Shown piece after piece: positions 7,870-17,611 of a stretch of 64,000 nt of DNA. The notes below the pieces were generated by a model. That model worked only from the letters and a program-made list of their open reading frames with translations, was not told the DNA's origin and made no database searches. The stretch is from an uncultured Candidatus Binatia bacterium. GTDB taxonomy: Bacteria > Desulfobacterota > Binatia > Bin18. The position numbers and the translations under genes are program-made. Numbering within the stretch: position 1 is the stretch's first letter; the number at the start of each line of letters is the position of its first letter. The stretch is from NCBI GenBank assembly GCA_965214605.1, contig OZ243961.1:1696001-1760000 (forward strand). Reading direction: 5' to 3'.

Positions 7870-9818
7870 TCAGTTCGCAACGCTTCTCGCGAGCAATTGG
7901 TCAACGCTGGCAGCAACCTCGTAGCGGGCCGGATTTTCCCCGACCTTGAGCGCTCGAAAGTGTACCTTGCCGCATTCGATCTTGCCGGCTTCCGCGAGGC
8001 GGAGATCGTCCAGGAGGGTGCTTGCTTTCGTCTCAACGACGAAATAAACGCGTTCGCCCTCATCCGTGTCGGTGAGAACGGCCCAATCGGGGTTGTAGCT
8101 CCCGAGCGGCGTCGATACCTGAAACCAACCCGGTAGCTTGACATAGAGCTTGACGGCGGCGTTCTTTTCCAAATCGTCAGCGAACCGGGCCTCCGTGTCA
8201 GACTCGTAGATGACCTTCTCGTGGACCGACTTCTCAGCCTTGAGCATATTCTTCAGGTAGCCGATAAATTCCTCCTGCTCAAAGAATTCCTGAGCGTAGT
8301 AGGCCTCGTCCCCTATCCGTTGGTATTTTATGCCGGCGACCAGCGCTCGTTGCTTACAACTGTTGATGGCCTGCGCGGCAAGCTCAATGAACTGCTGCGG
8401 ATTGCGCTTGAAGTCGTCAAGGCGCTGGCTGCCGACGAGAAGTCTATGGATGCTGCGCCGGGTGAGCTGCGTCCGGTCCTGAAGCTCGGTGAGTAGGTCC
8501 GGTAGTTCGATATCGGTCTCTTCGAGGACGACGGTCGCCGACCCGGCAATCTCGGTTGCCTCGACTCCCGCCTGACCGATGGCTATGTCCGCCTTGCGCC
8601 ATTGCAGACGGGTCCGGGGGATTGGCTCTGCAGTCTGTAACGCAGTGGCCGAGTTCTTCAGCAAGGCTTCATTGTCGAAGGTCACGCTATAGTTGGTCTT
8701 GTGCTTGATGCGGTCCCACAACGCCTTGAACTCGGCGCTAGCGAGTACGGCTTGGCGCGGGCGGACAGTTTGCCTTTCGTCGGCATTCCTGACTTCCAGA
8801 CGCCCCGAGAGTTTGCGCAACACCGAAACGATCTCCGTCCGGTGCGCAGCAAATTCTTCGGGCAGGGCAAGAGCGTCGTCCCGGATCGCCTCCCGGAGAG
8901 AGTCCTGTATCCGCCCTCTGCGGTCGATATAGCCTTCTGCCTGCAAGTGGTCGAAAAACGCCTGCGACTTGTCGAAACCGAGGGTTGTTGTTTCTCCGCC
9001 GTCGCCGGTTACCGGAATCTGCGCGAACTGATAAGGCGATAGATCATGTGGTGCTTGTCGACGTGCGTTGCCGAGTAACGCAGCGTGCAGAGCGGGTTCA
9101 TGGCGTCCAGCGCTTTTTTGCCCCGTCCAGCTAGGCCGCCGTCCACGCTTTGCGGCTCGTCGATGATCAGTATCGGGCGCGTGGCCCGGATAAGGTCTAT
9201 CGGCCTTTCGCCGCCCGTCTTCTCGTTGTTCTTGTAGAGGTTGTTGACATCCTTCTTGTTGATGGCGCCGACCGTGACTACCATGATCTGGATTTGCGGG
9301 CTGGTGGCGAAATTGCGGACCTGGCCGAGCTTTTCCGAATCGTAGAGGAAGTACTCGAACGGCGTGCCTGAATAGAGCGTCTGGAAATGATCGTCGGTCA
9401 TCTGGAGCGACTTGTAGACGCCTTCCTTGATCGCAACCGACGGTACGACGATGACGAACTTGGTGAAACCGTAGCGCTTGTTCAATTCGAAGATCGTGCG
9501 CAGATAGACGTAGGTCTTGCCGGTGCCTGTCTCCATCTCCACGGTGAAGTCGCCGGAGCCCAGAGAGACGGACGGCGGCAGGCCGTTCCGAAGCTGGATG
9601 TCCTTCAGGTTCGCGAGAATCTCGTCGTCGAGCAACGTCAGCCGGTTGCCGACGCCGAGGTCGTTCTGGGCGAAGGCCAGCCGCTCTTGCCGATCCCACC
9701 GATCCCGGGTGACCGTGAACTCCGTCCGGCAGACCTCCTGACCGCGGAATAGGTCGCAGACGGCATCCACCGCCTGGAGTTGGAAATCGAGGTTGGGCTC
9801 GAAACGGAGCTTCATCAT
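7870..9818 (-). pseudogene. res: Type III restriction enzyme Res subunit, internally deleted and frameshifted
   Basis: N-part MKLRFEPNLDFQ..EMETGTGKT..IIDEPQ..LRYSATH; out-of-frame junction near 9035; C-part YVKLPGWF..YNPDWAV..VVETK (PD-(D/E)xK). Confidence 0.9.
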
Positions 9819-9857
9819 GCCGCAAGCTTCTCTCAACTATGTTACTACGCCATGCGG

Positions 9858-10073
9858 TCAAGCAAGCATCAGCCGTTCGCCCTTCGGCTGCGGGACCGGC
9901 CGACCCAACTCCTGCGCTCGCTCGACCCAGAACCGCATGGCGTCCTTGACATTTCGCAACGCGGTTTCCTGATCGTCTCCGTGCGCCATGCATCCGGGCA
10001 GTTCGGGGGCCTCAGCGATGAACGCCTGGTCCTCGTTGCTCCAGTAGAGAATGATCTCGTATTTGTGCATCAA
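9858..10073 (-). CDS. hicB: HicB-family antitoxin
   Basis: MHKYEIILYWSNEDQAFIAEAPELPGCMAHGDDQETALRNVKDAMRFW..GRPVPQPKG. Confidence 0.92.
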   Translation of the reverse strand: MMHKYEIILYWSNEDQAFIAEAPELPGCMAHGDDQETALRNVKDAMRFWVERAQELGRPVPQPKGERLMLA

Positions 10074-10458
10074 TCGTCTCCTCCCAGCCTGTATTTCATA
10101 ATGAACTGCCGGACCTGCTTCACTTGGTAGGGCTTGGCGTGTCCGCCACGGCTTTGCAGATTGACAATTTCCACCATACCATCCTTGTCGAACAGGTGAT
10201 GGCTTCCGCGTATGCGCTCCTCGAACCTGTGGGACCCCATCCGATTCGTGCCCATGGAGGCGGATGGCTTCCGCGTATGCGCTCCTCGAACCTTGCCCGC
10301 CACCTGGGCCGGGGTGGCGGGCGCGATCACGGATGGCTTCCGCGTATGCGCTCCTCGAACCCCAAATACTCCATCAGGGCACGCAGATCGGAGAACCGGA
10401 TGTTCGCGTCCGAGCGTCCCCGGAGAATTGTCTGCAAAAGCCGCTCATGCCGGTTCAT
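10070..10458 (-). pseudogene. hicA: HicA-family toxin disrupted by two repeat-spacer insertions
   Basis: Removing 134 bp (two repeat+spacer units) restores a 255-bp ORF: MNRHERLLQTILRGRSDANIRFSDLRALMEYLGFEERIRGSHHLFDKDGMVEIVNLQSRGGHAKPYQVKQVRQFIMKYRLGGDD. As present, a TGA follows ...RGSHP. Confidence 0.92.
10198..10361. repeat. CRISPR-like mini-array: 3 x 30-bp exact direct repeat with 35- and 39-bp unique spacers
   Basis: GATGGCTTCCGCGTATGCGCTCCTCGAACC at 10198-10227, 10263-10292 and 10332-10361. Confidence 0.95.
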
Positions 10459-12381
10459 GGACTATCATCCCCAACCCGCCGGTATCACACCGCACGTTGC
10501 CGAGGCCGCGCTGCTTGAGAGTCTCGGCGAGGTTCGCCTTCGCGACGTCGTCTGCGAAAGCGCTGTCACGGAAAATGACGGTGGTCTCACCGGCGGGGGC
10601 GAGCGCATCATGCCAGTCGGCTATGCCCGCCGCCAGCGGCTCCACATCATCGCGAGAAACTGCTTCGACAAGGCAGGCGATCAGCGTGCCGGCGCCGACC
10701 GAGTGCACGCACTTGCCCGCGATGGTCTTTGTCTCGATGGGCACGCAGAGATCAAGACCGAGCTTCAGTAGGAGTTCGTAGAGAATGTCTTCCTCGCTTC
10801 GATCCGACTTAATGTGGTCGATGCTTCCGAGCAACGTCCCATCCAAATCTTCGCGGTCTGGTTCCCAGGCACGGATGTTGGACGAATCCAACTTGAAGAC
10901 CCTGAAGCCGGTGTCGCCCTTGTGGTCGGGATTCTCAGCTTTTATTCGCTCACCGGCAGCCTTTGCGCGCGCCTTTGTCACTTCGAAGATAGTCGAGAAC
11001 TGCTCATTTCCTGCTACAGGCTCTGGCAATTGAACCAAGATGAAGCGACGGTAACCGCCCTCATCCCTGTTCAACAACTGTATGACAGCGTGGCCGGTGG
11101 TCCCACTACCCGCAAAGAAATCCATGACAATAGCATTTGGATCCTCGCCAGTGACGGCGAGTAGACTGTCGTAAACAGACCAGAGGCTCTTGGGAAACGT
11201 AAAAGGCGAGTCTGGAACAAGGTCTCTAACTAATCTTGTTCCGTAGTCATTCGCGTCATACCTCTTGTCAGTCCAGACAGTCCTAAAGCGCCCAAAGTCC
11301 TTTCTTATCTCAATCTCGTAACCTCCATCCTCTTCCTAGGACGAAGCAGGTGCTTTCTGGCATCAACCGATTGCCTGACGTATCGCCACTTTCGCTCGGT
11401 ACCTGACTTGTCGATCGGGTAGACGTAAACAGCCTCACATCCATGGACGCTCTGCCGTGGATGGAAGTCGTCATCACATACATCGCCGAAGCCGGTAATC
11501 TCACCATCCTTCACTATTATTGGATAGAAGCAATTCTTCGCATCCTTTCTTTCAGACTCTGTTCCCCAATTCCTGAATTGGGACCACTTCTTCTCGGATT
11601 CATCAATCTTCCTATCGGAAATTGCTTTCGTTCCACTTGGATAGACGAAGAAGGCATATTCGTGGACATATGAGAAGTTCCGGCCCTGCACTCCTCGCGG
11701 ATTGTGCACAATCGGTACACACACGTGATCGTAACTACCCTCTTCATATATTTCCTTTAGGACCATCCCCAACTGGGTTACTTCATTGTCGTCAATCGTA
11801 CAGATAAGTACTCCGTCCTGCCTAAGGAGATTCCTGGCGACCTTGAGCCGTGGATAGATCATGGACAGCCAATTGGTGTGAAACCGGCCACCGATCATGG
11901 GATTACTAGAAAGGCTCACGCCTCCCTCGACTTGGCCGGTTACTTCAAGATAAGTGCGAATACCATCGTGATAATCGTTGGGGTAAATGAGATTCTTACC
12001 GGTGTTATAAGGAGGATCGATATAGATGGCTTTTACGCGGCGACTGAAACTCTTCTGCAGGAGTTTCAGCACCTCCAGGTTGTCGCCCTCGATCACCAGG
12101 TTCTGAGTGGTGTTCCAATCGACGCTCTCATCGGGACATGGGCGGAGTGTGCCGGTGGACGGAGTGAGAGCAAGCTGCCGTGCGCGCGCTTGCCCGTGCC
12201 AGTTGAGGCCATACTTTTCCTCGCGATCGTTCACAGCGTCGCCGAGAAGCTGCCGGAGCACCTCGAAGTCTATCTTTCCCTCGGAGAATGCTTCGGGGAA
12301 CAAAGCCTTCAAGCGTTCGAGGTTGTCGGCAAGGATATCCGCGGAGCGGGTTTCCGGGTCGCCGCCGCCGATCTTCTCCAT
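10445..12381 (-). pseudogene. mod: Type III R-M DNA methyltransferase Mod, frameshifted
   Basis: EKYGLNWHG, IEGDNLEVLKLLQKS, IYIDPPYNTG, then a frameshift near 11325 into DGGYEIEIRKDFGRFRTVW..FTFPKSL..MDFFAGSGTTGHAV..DTGFRVFKLDSSN. Confidence 0.9.
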
Positions 12382-12395
12382 GATACCCCTCTCCC

Positions 12396-12672
12396 TTAAA
12401 GTCTGGCCCGAGCTGCATCGCGGTCGGCGCGCAGACGCGCAAGCTCCATGTTCATTTCAGCCCGGCGGGACATCTGTTTCTCCTTGCTGGCGGCGGATTG
12501 CACATTGACGATTCTATCATCGAGACACCAATTCCTCGATACCCTGCTGAATACGCCGCCGGTCGCCCGCCCGGACGGCACCGTTCTCGATCAGGAGCGT
12601 CTTGGGCACCCGGCGATCAATGAGCGCATCGGGTGGGAGTGCGAGCGCCGAGAACGGATCGAACCGCGTCAT
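12396..12672 (-). pseudogene. DUF4391-like gene, internally deleted (type III R-M associated)
   Basis: N-terminal ALALPPDALIDRRVPKTLLIENG..RRRIQQGIEEL joined out of frame to C-terminal AASKEKQMSRRAEMNMELARL. Confidence 0.7.
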
Positions 12673-12699
12673 GACGCATCTTCCGCGAGCACGACGAGA

Positions 12700-12970
12700 A
12701 ACGCCACCACCTCGAAACGGGAAGCTCTGGGAACTGCGAGGGCGGGCCGAGGGCGGCATCGCGCGCGGGAGCAGCGTGACGACGGCGGGCCGGCGGGTGG
12801 GGGTGGTGCATGTCTTCGCCGAAGCAGTCGCGCAAGAAGCCGCTTCCGGGCGCTCCGACCGCCCGGCAGCGGCTGAGGCAGGGGATGCCATGACGAAGCG
12901 GAAGGATCTGAAGGCGCGCTTGATGGCGGACCCGAAGTTCCGGGAGGAATACGCGCGGGTCGACAGGGTT
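12700..12970 (+). pseudogene. Relic of RelE/Gp49-like toxin plus N-terminus of HTH antitoxin
   Basis: GKLWELRGRAEGGIARG..VTTAGRRVGVVHVF followed at 12890 by MTKRKDLKARLMADPKFREEYARVD. Confidence 0.65.
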
Positions 12971-13481
12971 GCGCACGGCTACGCCTGGATTGGAACGAAT
13001 CCGCTTTCAGAATAATTATATGATTTTCTGGAATCCACTTATCCGATTGAAATAACACGATATTTATTGCAATACAGCTTACCGACACAAACCACACCGG
13101 GACAACACTAGGGCTGCCGTCTTCCCGGAGGGTGGCAATCCGCGCCAGATGACCGCGCTCTTACAGAAATGTGTCGCGTTCTTAAGACGATGGACGCTTC
13201 TTCAGAATCCTTGCATCACCGGTCTCAATCGCCTCACGTGGTTGAACCCCAAGGCCTCTTGCGACGTTATCCCAGTCTGGCGGGCTCGGCATGATCTCTC
13301 CCTTCTCTACTCTCTCATTCTTCTTCCCGCCTCTGCAGAGGCCCCTCGGAGCCCCCCTTGTACCACTGGCTCATCATAACTGCCAGACAATCAGCTCCAC
13401 GCGGACCCTTCCAAGCTCACCCCGGTCGGCGGCCTTCTCCAATCGCCAAGAGCCAAAACCCCGGAGAGGAGCAATCCTTTT

Positions 13482-13511
13482 TTGACATTCGTGGCTGTTC
13501 TTTGTAATAAT
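13482..13511 (+). promoter_or_regulatory. Sigma70-like promoter of tup operon
   Basis: TTGACA (13482-13487), 17-18 nt spacer, TAATAAT, about 20 nt before the ATG at 13531. Confidence 0.55.
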
Positions 13512-13530
13512 TCGGCCTCATTCCATCCCC

Positions 13531-14238
13531 ATGCATGATTTCGGACACGCGCTCGGCTTGGCCTGGAAACTGATTGTCGGGGCTGACCCGATGCTGCTTG
13601 AAATTGCTGGTCTGTCCCTGCAGGTCAGTATGACCGCCGTTCTAATCGCGTGTGGGCTAGGTCTACCGGTTGGGGCCGGTCTGGCCACCACCCGCTTTCC
13701 GGGTCGGAGCTTTGCCGTTGTGCTGCTGAACGCTCTGATGGGGCTGCCGCCCGTGGTGGTGGGTTTATGCGTATATCTGCTGCTGTCAAACGCCGGGCCG
13801 TTCGGTTGGCTGCGCCTGCTGTACTCACCCACAGCAATGATTATCGCCCAAACCGTGCTGGTCACCCCGTTGGTGGCGGCCCTGGCCCGGCAGGTGCTTG
13901 AGGACCTCCACAACGAGTATGAGGAGCAGTTCGAGTCGCTGTGTGTTCCGGCTCTGACGGCTATCCGGGTCCTGCTGTGGGACGCGCGCTATAGCCTGCT
14001 GACCGTTGCCCTAGCCGGTTTCGGTCGCGCCATCGCCGAGGTTGGGGCGGTAATTATTGTTGGCGGCAATATCAGGCATGTGACACGGGTGATGACCACC
14101 GCAATCGCCCTTGAAACGTCTAAGGGCGACCTCCCCCTCGCTCTGGCCTTGGGACTCATCCTGATGGCGCTGGCCCTGGCGGTCAACCTGGCGGTTTCGG
14201 CCCTGCGCAGCACGGCCAACAGGTGGGCGTATGGGTAG
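13531..14238 (+). CDS. tupB: Tungstate ABC transporter permease
   Basis: LNALMGLPPVVVGL, LAGFGRAIAEVGAVIIVGGNI..TRVMTTAIALETSKG. Confidence 0.88.
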   Translation: MHDFGHALGLAWKLIVGADPMLLEIAGLSLQVSMTAVLIACGLGLPVGAGLATTRFPGRSFAVVLLNALMGLPPVVVGLCVYLLLSNAGPFGWLRLLYSPTAMIIAQTVLVTPLVAALARQVLEDLHNEYEEQFESLCVPALTAIRVLLWDARYSLLTVALAGFGRAIAEVGAVIIVGGNIRHVTRVMTTAIALETSKGDLPLALALGLILMALALAVNLAVSALRSTANRWAYG

Positions 14239-14974
14239 TCCGAGGGGGGCCAAGGCCCCTCCCCTGCTGCCGCTCCGGGTCAATCGGCTCGTATACAGCG
14301 TGAACGGCACAGCGCTGCTCAAAGGTGTAGACCTGACGCTGGCCGCGGGTCCCCGGACGGTTGTTATGGGGGCCAACGGCGCAGGGAAAAGCCTGCTGTT
14401 GCGCCTCTTACATGGTCTGCTGACGCCGACCTCGGGCGTAATTGAGTGGGGACAGACAGGGTGGGGCACGGCCGTGCGACGTCGCCAGGCCATGGTCTTT
14501 CAACGTCCGGTGCTGCTCCGCCGTTCGGTCAGGGCAAATCTCCGTTTTGTCCTTGCTCTGCGGTCCGGTAGATATAAAGACCGCCCCCAGCGGCTGGTCC
14601 GGCTGCTTGAGCTGGCCGGATTATCCGCCGTGGCCACCCGTCCGGCCCGAGTGCTGTCAGCCGGCGAGCAGCAAAGGCTGGCGTTGGTACGGGCGCTCAG
14701 CCTGGAGCCGGAGGTCCTGCTGCTGGATGAACCGACGGCTAGTCTCGACCCGGCCACGGTTGCCGCTATAGAGAGCTTGATCCGAACCGCGGATACCCAG
14801 GGAGTCAAAATCGTTCTTGTTACCCACGATATTGGGCAAGCCAGGCGTATCGCTGACGAGGTCGTTTTTGTCCATCACGGTCGGATTGCCGAACATACGG
14901 CCGCTGAGGAGTTTTTTGGACGGCCACGCTCGGAGCCGGCCCAGGCCTATCTTGAGGGGCGGCTGGTGCTCTAG
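14231..14974 (+). CDS. tupC: Tungstate ABC transporter ATP-binding protein
   Basis: GANGAGKS, MVFQRPVLLRRSV, LSAGEQQR, LLLDEPT; operon context. Confidence 0.85.
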   Translation: MGSPRGAKAPPLLPLRVNRLVYSVNGTALLKGVDLTLAAGPRTVVMGANGAGKSLLLRLLHGLLTPTSGVIEWGQTGWGTAVRRRQAMVFQRPVLLRRSVRANLRFVLALRSGRYKDRPQRLVRLLELAGLSAVATRPARVLSAGEQQRLALVRALSLEPEVLLLDEPTASLDPATVAAIESLIRTADTQGVKIVLVTHDIGQARRIADEVVFVHHGRIAEHTAAEEFFGRPRSEPAQAYLEGRLVL

Positions 14975-15010
14975 CCAGCGGCCTGCGGCTACTCAGAAGG
15001 AGCGTCTGTC

Positions 15011-15859
15011 ATGGTCCACTCCTGTCGTCCCGCGTCTCTTCTCCGTGCGCTCGGTCTGGCCTTGGCGCTTGGTATCGGCGTTGAGTTGGCTCAGGCTGCA
15101 GGCCAGTTTATCGTTGTGCAGTCCACGACCTCAACCCAGAACTCGGGTCTATTCAATCACCTGTTACCTCACTTTCAGGAGCGGAGCAGTATCCAGGTTC
15201 GGGTGGTGGCGGTCGGCACCGGCCAAGCCCTGAGAAACGCCCGCAACGGTGATGCTGACGTTGTCTTCGTGCATGCGAAGGCTGCAGAAGAGCAGTTTGT
15301 CGCCGACGGTTGGGGCGTGAAACGCTATGCGGTGATGTGCAACGATTTCGTGATTGTTGGGCCGCAGGCCGATCCAGCCACAGTCGAAGGGCTGACTGAT
15401 GCTCCGGCGGCGCTAAAACGCATCGCTGCCAGTCGCGCGGTCTTTGTGTCGCGCGGTGACGACAGCGGCACGCATCAGAAAGAGCAGAGCCTGTGGCAAC
15501 TAGCCGGTCTTGACCCGACTGCGGCCAGCGGCAGCTGGTACCGTGAGACCGGTTCGGGCATGGGCGCCAGCCTGAATACTGCGGTCGGCATGTCGGGCTA
15601 TACCCTCACCGATCGCGGCACCTGGATCAGCTTCCGCAACAAGGCCGATTTTCAGGTGTTGGTCGAAGGCGATCCACGACTGTTCAACCAGTACGGTGTG
15701 ATTCTAGTCAACCCGGTCAAGCATCGCCACGTTAAAGCCGCCCAGGCCCAAGAGTTTATCGACTGGCTGATCGGCCCGGAGGCGCAGCGGCTGATCGCAG
15801 CCTACACGATCAACGGCCGGCAGCTCTTTTTTCCAAACGCGCCCGACAATACGAAGTAG
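15011..15859 (+). CDS. tupA: Tungstate ABC transporter substrate-binding protein
   Basis: Signal peptide; STTSTQNSGL, AVGTGQAL, FVSRGDDSGTH, YTLTDRGTW, LFNQYGVI. Confidence 0.88.
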   Translation: MVHSCRPASLLRALGLALALGIGVELAQAAGQFIVVQSTTSTQNSGLFNHLLPHFQERSSIQVRVVAVGTGQALRNARNGDADVVFVHAKAAEEQFVADGWGVKRYAVMCNDFVIVGPQADPATVEGLTDAPAALKRIAASRAVFVSRGDDSGTHQKEQSLWQLAGLDPTAASGSWYRETGSGMGASLNTAVGMSGYTLTDRGTWISFRNKADFQVLVEGDPRLFNQYGVILVNPVKHRHVKAAQAQEFIDWLIGPEAQRLIAAYTINGRQLFFPNAPDNTK

Positions 15860-15938
15860 GCAGGACACACGCGAGCGCTTGACAGCCCGCGGCTGCCCAC
15901 CCGATAATTACTTGACTGTTGGCCGGATAGGAAGAGGC

Positions 15939-17594
15939 ATGAATTACGACGTGATCATCGTTGGGGCGGGTTCGGCCGGTTGCCCACTGGCGGCCCGGCT
16001 GTCGGAAGATCCACGCCGGTCGGTCCTGCTGTTGGACGCCGGCCCGCACTATGAGCGTATCGACGAATTTCCAGAAGTCCTCCAACAGGGCGGCTCCATG
16101 GCGTCAAGTTTCCCCGGCCATCCCAACAACTGGTCATTCAAGGCCAACCTGACCCCTGAACTCCCCTACTCGGTGCCGCGCGGAAAAGTGGTCGGCGGCT
16201 CAAGCGCGTTGAACGGGACGGTTTTCATCCGTGGCGTTCCGCAAGACTTTGATAGCTGGGCTGAGCTGGGGAACCCCGCTTGGTCGTATGACAAAGTGCT
16301 GCCCTATTTTAAGAAACTGGAGGCGGACCAAGACATCCACGCCCCCATGATCCAAAACGCATTCCATGGCGCCAACGGTCCTATTCCGGTCCGACGGCCT
16401 AAGCCAAAGGAGTGGAACTCAGTACAGCAGGCCTTCGTGCAGGCCTGTCTAGACGCCGGTCACCAAGAAGACCCGGATATGAACCACCCGGACTCAATCG
16501 GGGTCGGTTCCCTGCCGCTCAACAATATCGACGGGATTCGGATGAACACCGCGGTGACCTATCTGACGCCGAATCTCCACCGCCAAAACCTGAGCGTGTG
16601 GGGGGAGTCCCATGTCGGGCGGGTGTTGTTTGAGGGCCGTCGGGCGGTCGGGGTGGAAGTCGATAGACGGGGGGAGCACCTGGTCATTTACGGTGGGGAA
16701 ATCATCCTCAGTGCCGGGGCGGTCAAGTCTCCACACCTGTTGTTGCTGTCGGGCATTGGACCGGCCGACGAGCTGCGTCGGTGTGATATCCCGGTGTTGC
16801 ATGACTCTCCCTACGTGGGCAAAGACTTCACCGACCATCCGGCAGTGATGGTTATGTACAAAACCAAGAAGACGCCGCAGACCTATCAGGGTATGCCGAT
16901 GCTGCAGACCGGTCTGCACTATACCGCCGAGGGATCGACGACCCGGGGCGATATGGAAATCTTGCCGTTCTGTTTTTCAATGACCGATTCGTTTGTCACC
17001 GCCAGTCGAAAAGACGGCGCCCAGCTGCCCGGCCTGCCGTCCTTTTTACGCCACCCCTTTAAGACCCTGTCCGCCATGCGTGGGATTTCGGTCAAGCGGC
17101 TGCTCGAACAGGTCCGGCGCGGGCGCGACCTGATGATCGGTAGCTCGCTCCAAGAGGCACGCAGCAAGGGCAAGATGCGGCTGGTATCGGCCGACCCCTA
17201 TGTCCAGCCCGAGCTCCACTACCACTATCTATCCGACCCGTTCGACCGTCAGCGTATGCGCGAGGGCGTTCGGCTCGTCATCGACCTCATGCAAAGCCGA
17301 GCGTTTAAGCCGCTGGTATCGGAGCGGACGGTGCCGGACGACGAACAGCTGGCCTCAGACCAAGCTCTGGATCACTGGATGTATACGACGCTCGGCACCG
17401 CTATCCACATGTCGGGCAGCTGCAAAATGGGCCCGGACGATGACCTCACCGCAGTGGTCGATCAGTTCGGGCGCGTGCGCGGGGTGGAAGGGCTGCGAGT
17501 GGCCGATACCTCTATCCAGCCCAATGTGGTCCGCCGCCCGGCCAACGCTACGGCGATCATGATCGGCGAGCGCATGGCGGAGTGGATTACCTAA
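15939..17594 (+). CDS. GMC family oxidoreductase (choline dehydrogenase/MftG-like)
   Basis: YDVIIVGAGSAG, PRGKVVGGSSALNG, LLLSGIGP, HMSGSCKMG, GLRVADTS, ANATAIMIGER. Confidence 0.9.
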   Translation: MNYDVIIVGAGSAGCPLAARLSEDPRRSVLLLDAGPHYERIDEFPEVLQQGGSMASSFPGHPNNWSFKANLTPELPYSVPRGKVVGGSSALNGTVFIRGVPQDFDSWAELGNPAWSYDKVLPYFKKLEADQDIHAPMIQNAFHGANGPIPVRRPKPKEWNSVQQAFVQACLDAGHQEDPDMNHPDSIGVGSLPLNNIDGIRMNTAVTYLTPNLHRQNLSVWGESHVGRVLFEGRRAVGVEVDRRGEHLVIYGGEIILSAGAVKSPHLLLLSGIGPADELRRCDIPVLHDSPYVGKDFTDHPAVMVMYKTKKTPQTYQGMPMLQTGLHYTAEGSTTRGDMEILPFCFSMTDSFVTASRKDGAQLPGLPSFLRHPFKTLSAMRGISVKRLLEQVRRGRDLMIGSSLQEARSKGKMRLVSADPYVQPELHYHYLSDPFDRQRMREGVRLVIDLMQSRAFKPLVSERTVPDDEQLASDQALDHWMYTTLGTAIHMSGSCKMGPDDDLTAVVDQFGRVRGVEGLRVADTSIQPNVVRRPANATAIMIGERMAEWIT

Positions 17595-17611
17595 CGGAAA
17601 GGGAAGACACC

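Noticed and set aside
7870-9993. 707-aa ORF in the track
   Set aside because: Its N-terminal ~320 aa are an off-frame reading of hicB/res DNA; only the part after about 9035 is Res.
10198-10361. Calling the repeats the canonical CRISPR array of the type III-B system
   Set aside because: The repeat is hicA coding sequence, there is no AT-rich leader, only a weak stem and only two spacers; reported as CRISPR-like instead.
11305-11345. Phase-variable mod (phasevarion)
   Set aside because: No simple-sequence repeat tract at the frameshift, and neighbouring genes are also decayed.
13100-13480. Moco/tungsten-cofactor riboswitch upstream of tupB
   Set aside because: Only scattered short similarities (CAGAAATG, GGAGAGGAG), and the likely promoter lies downstream of them; an Rfam scan would be needed.
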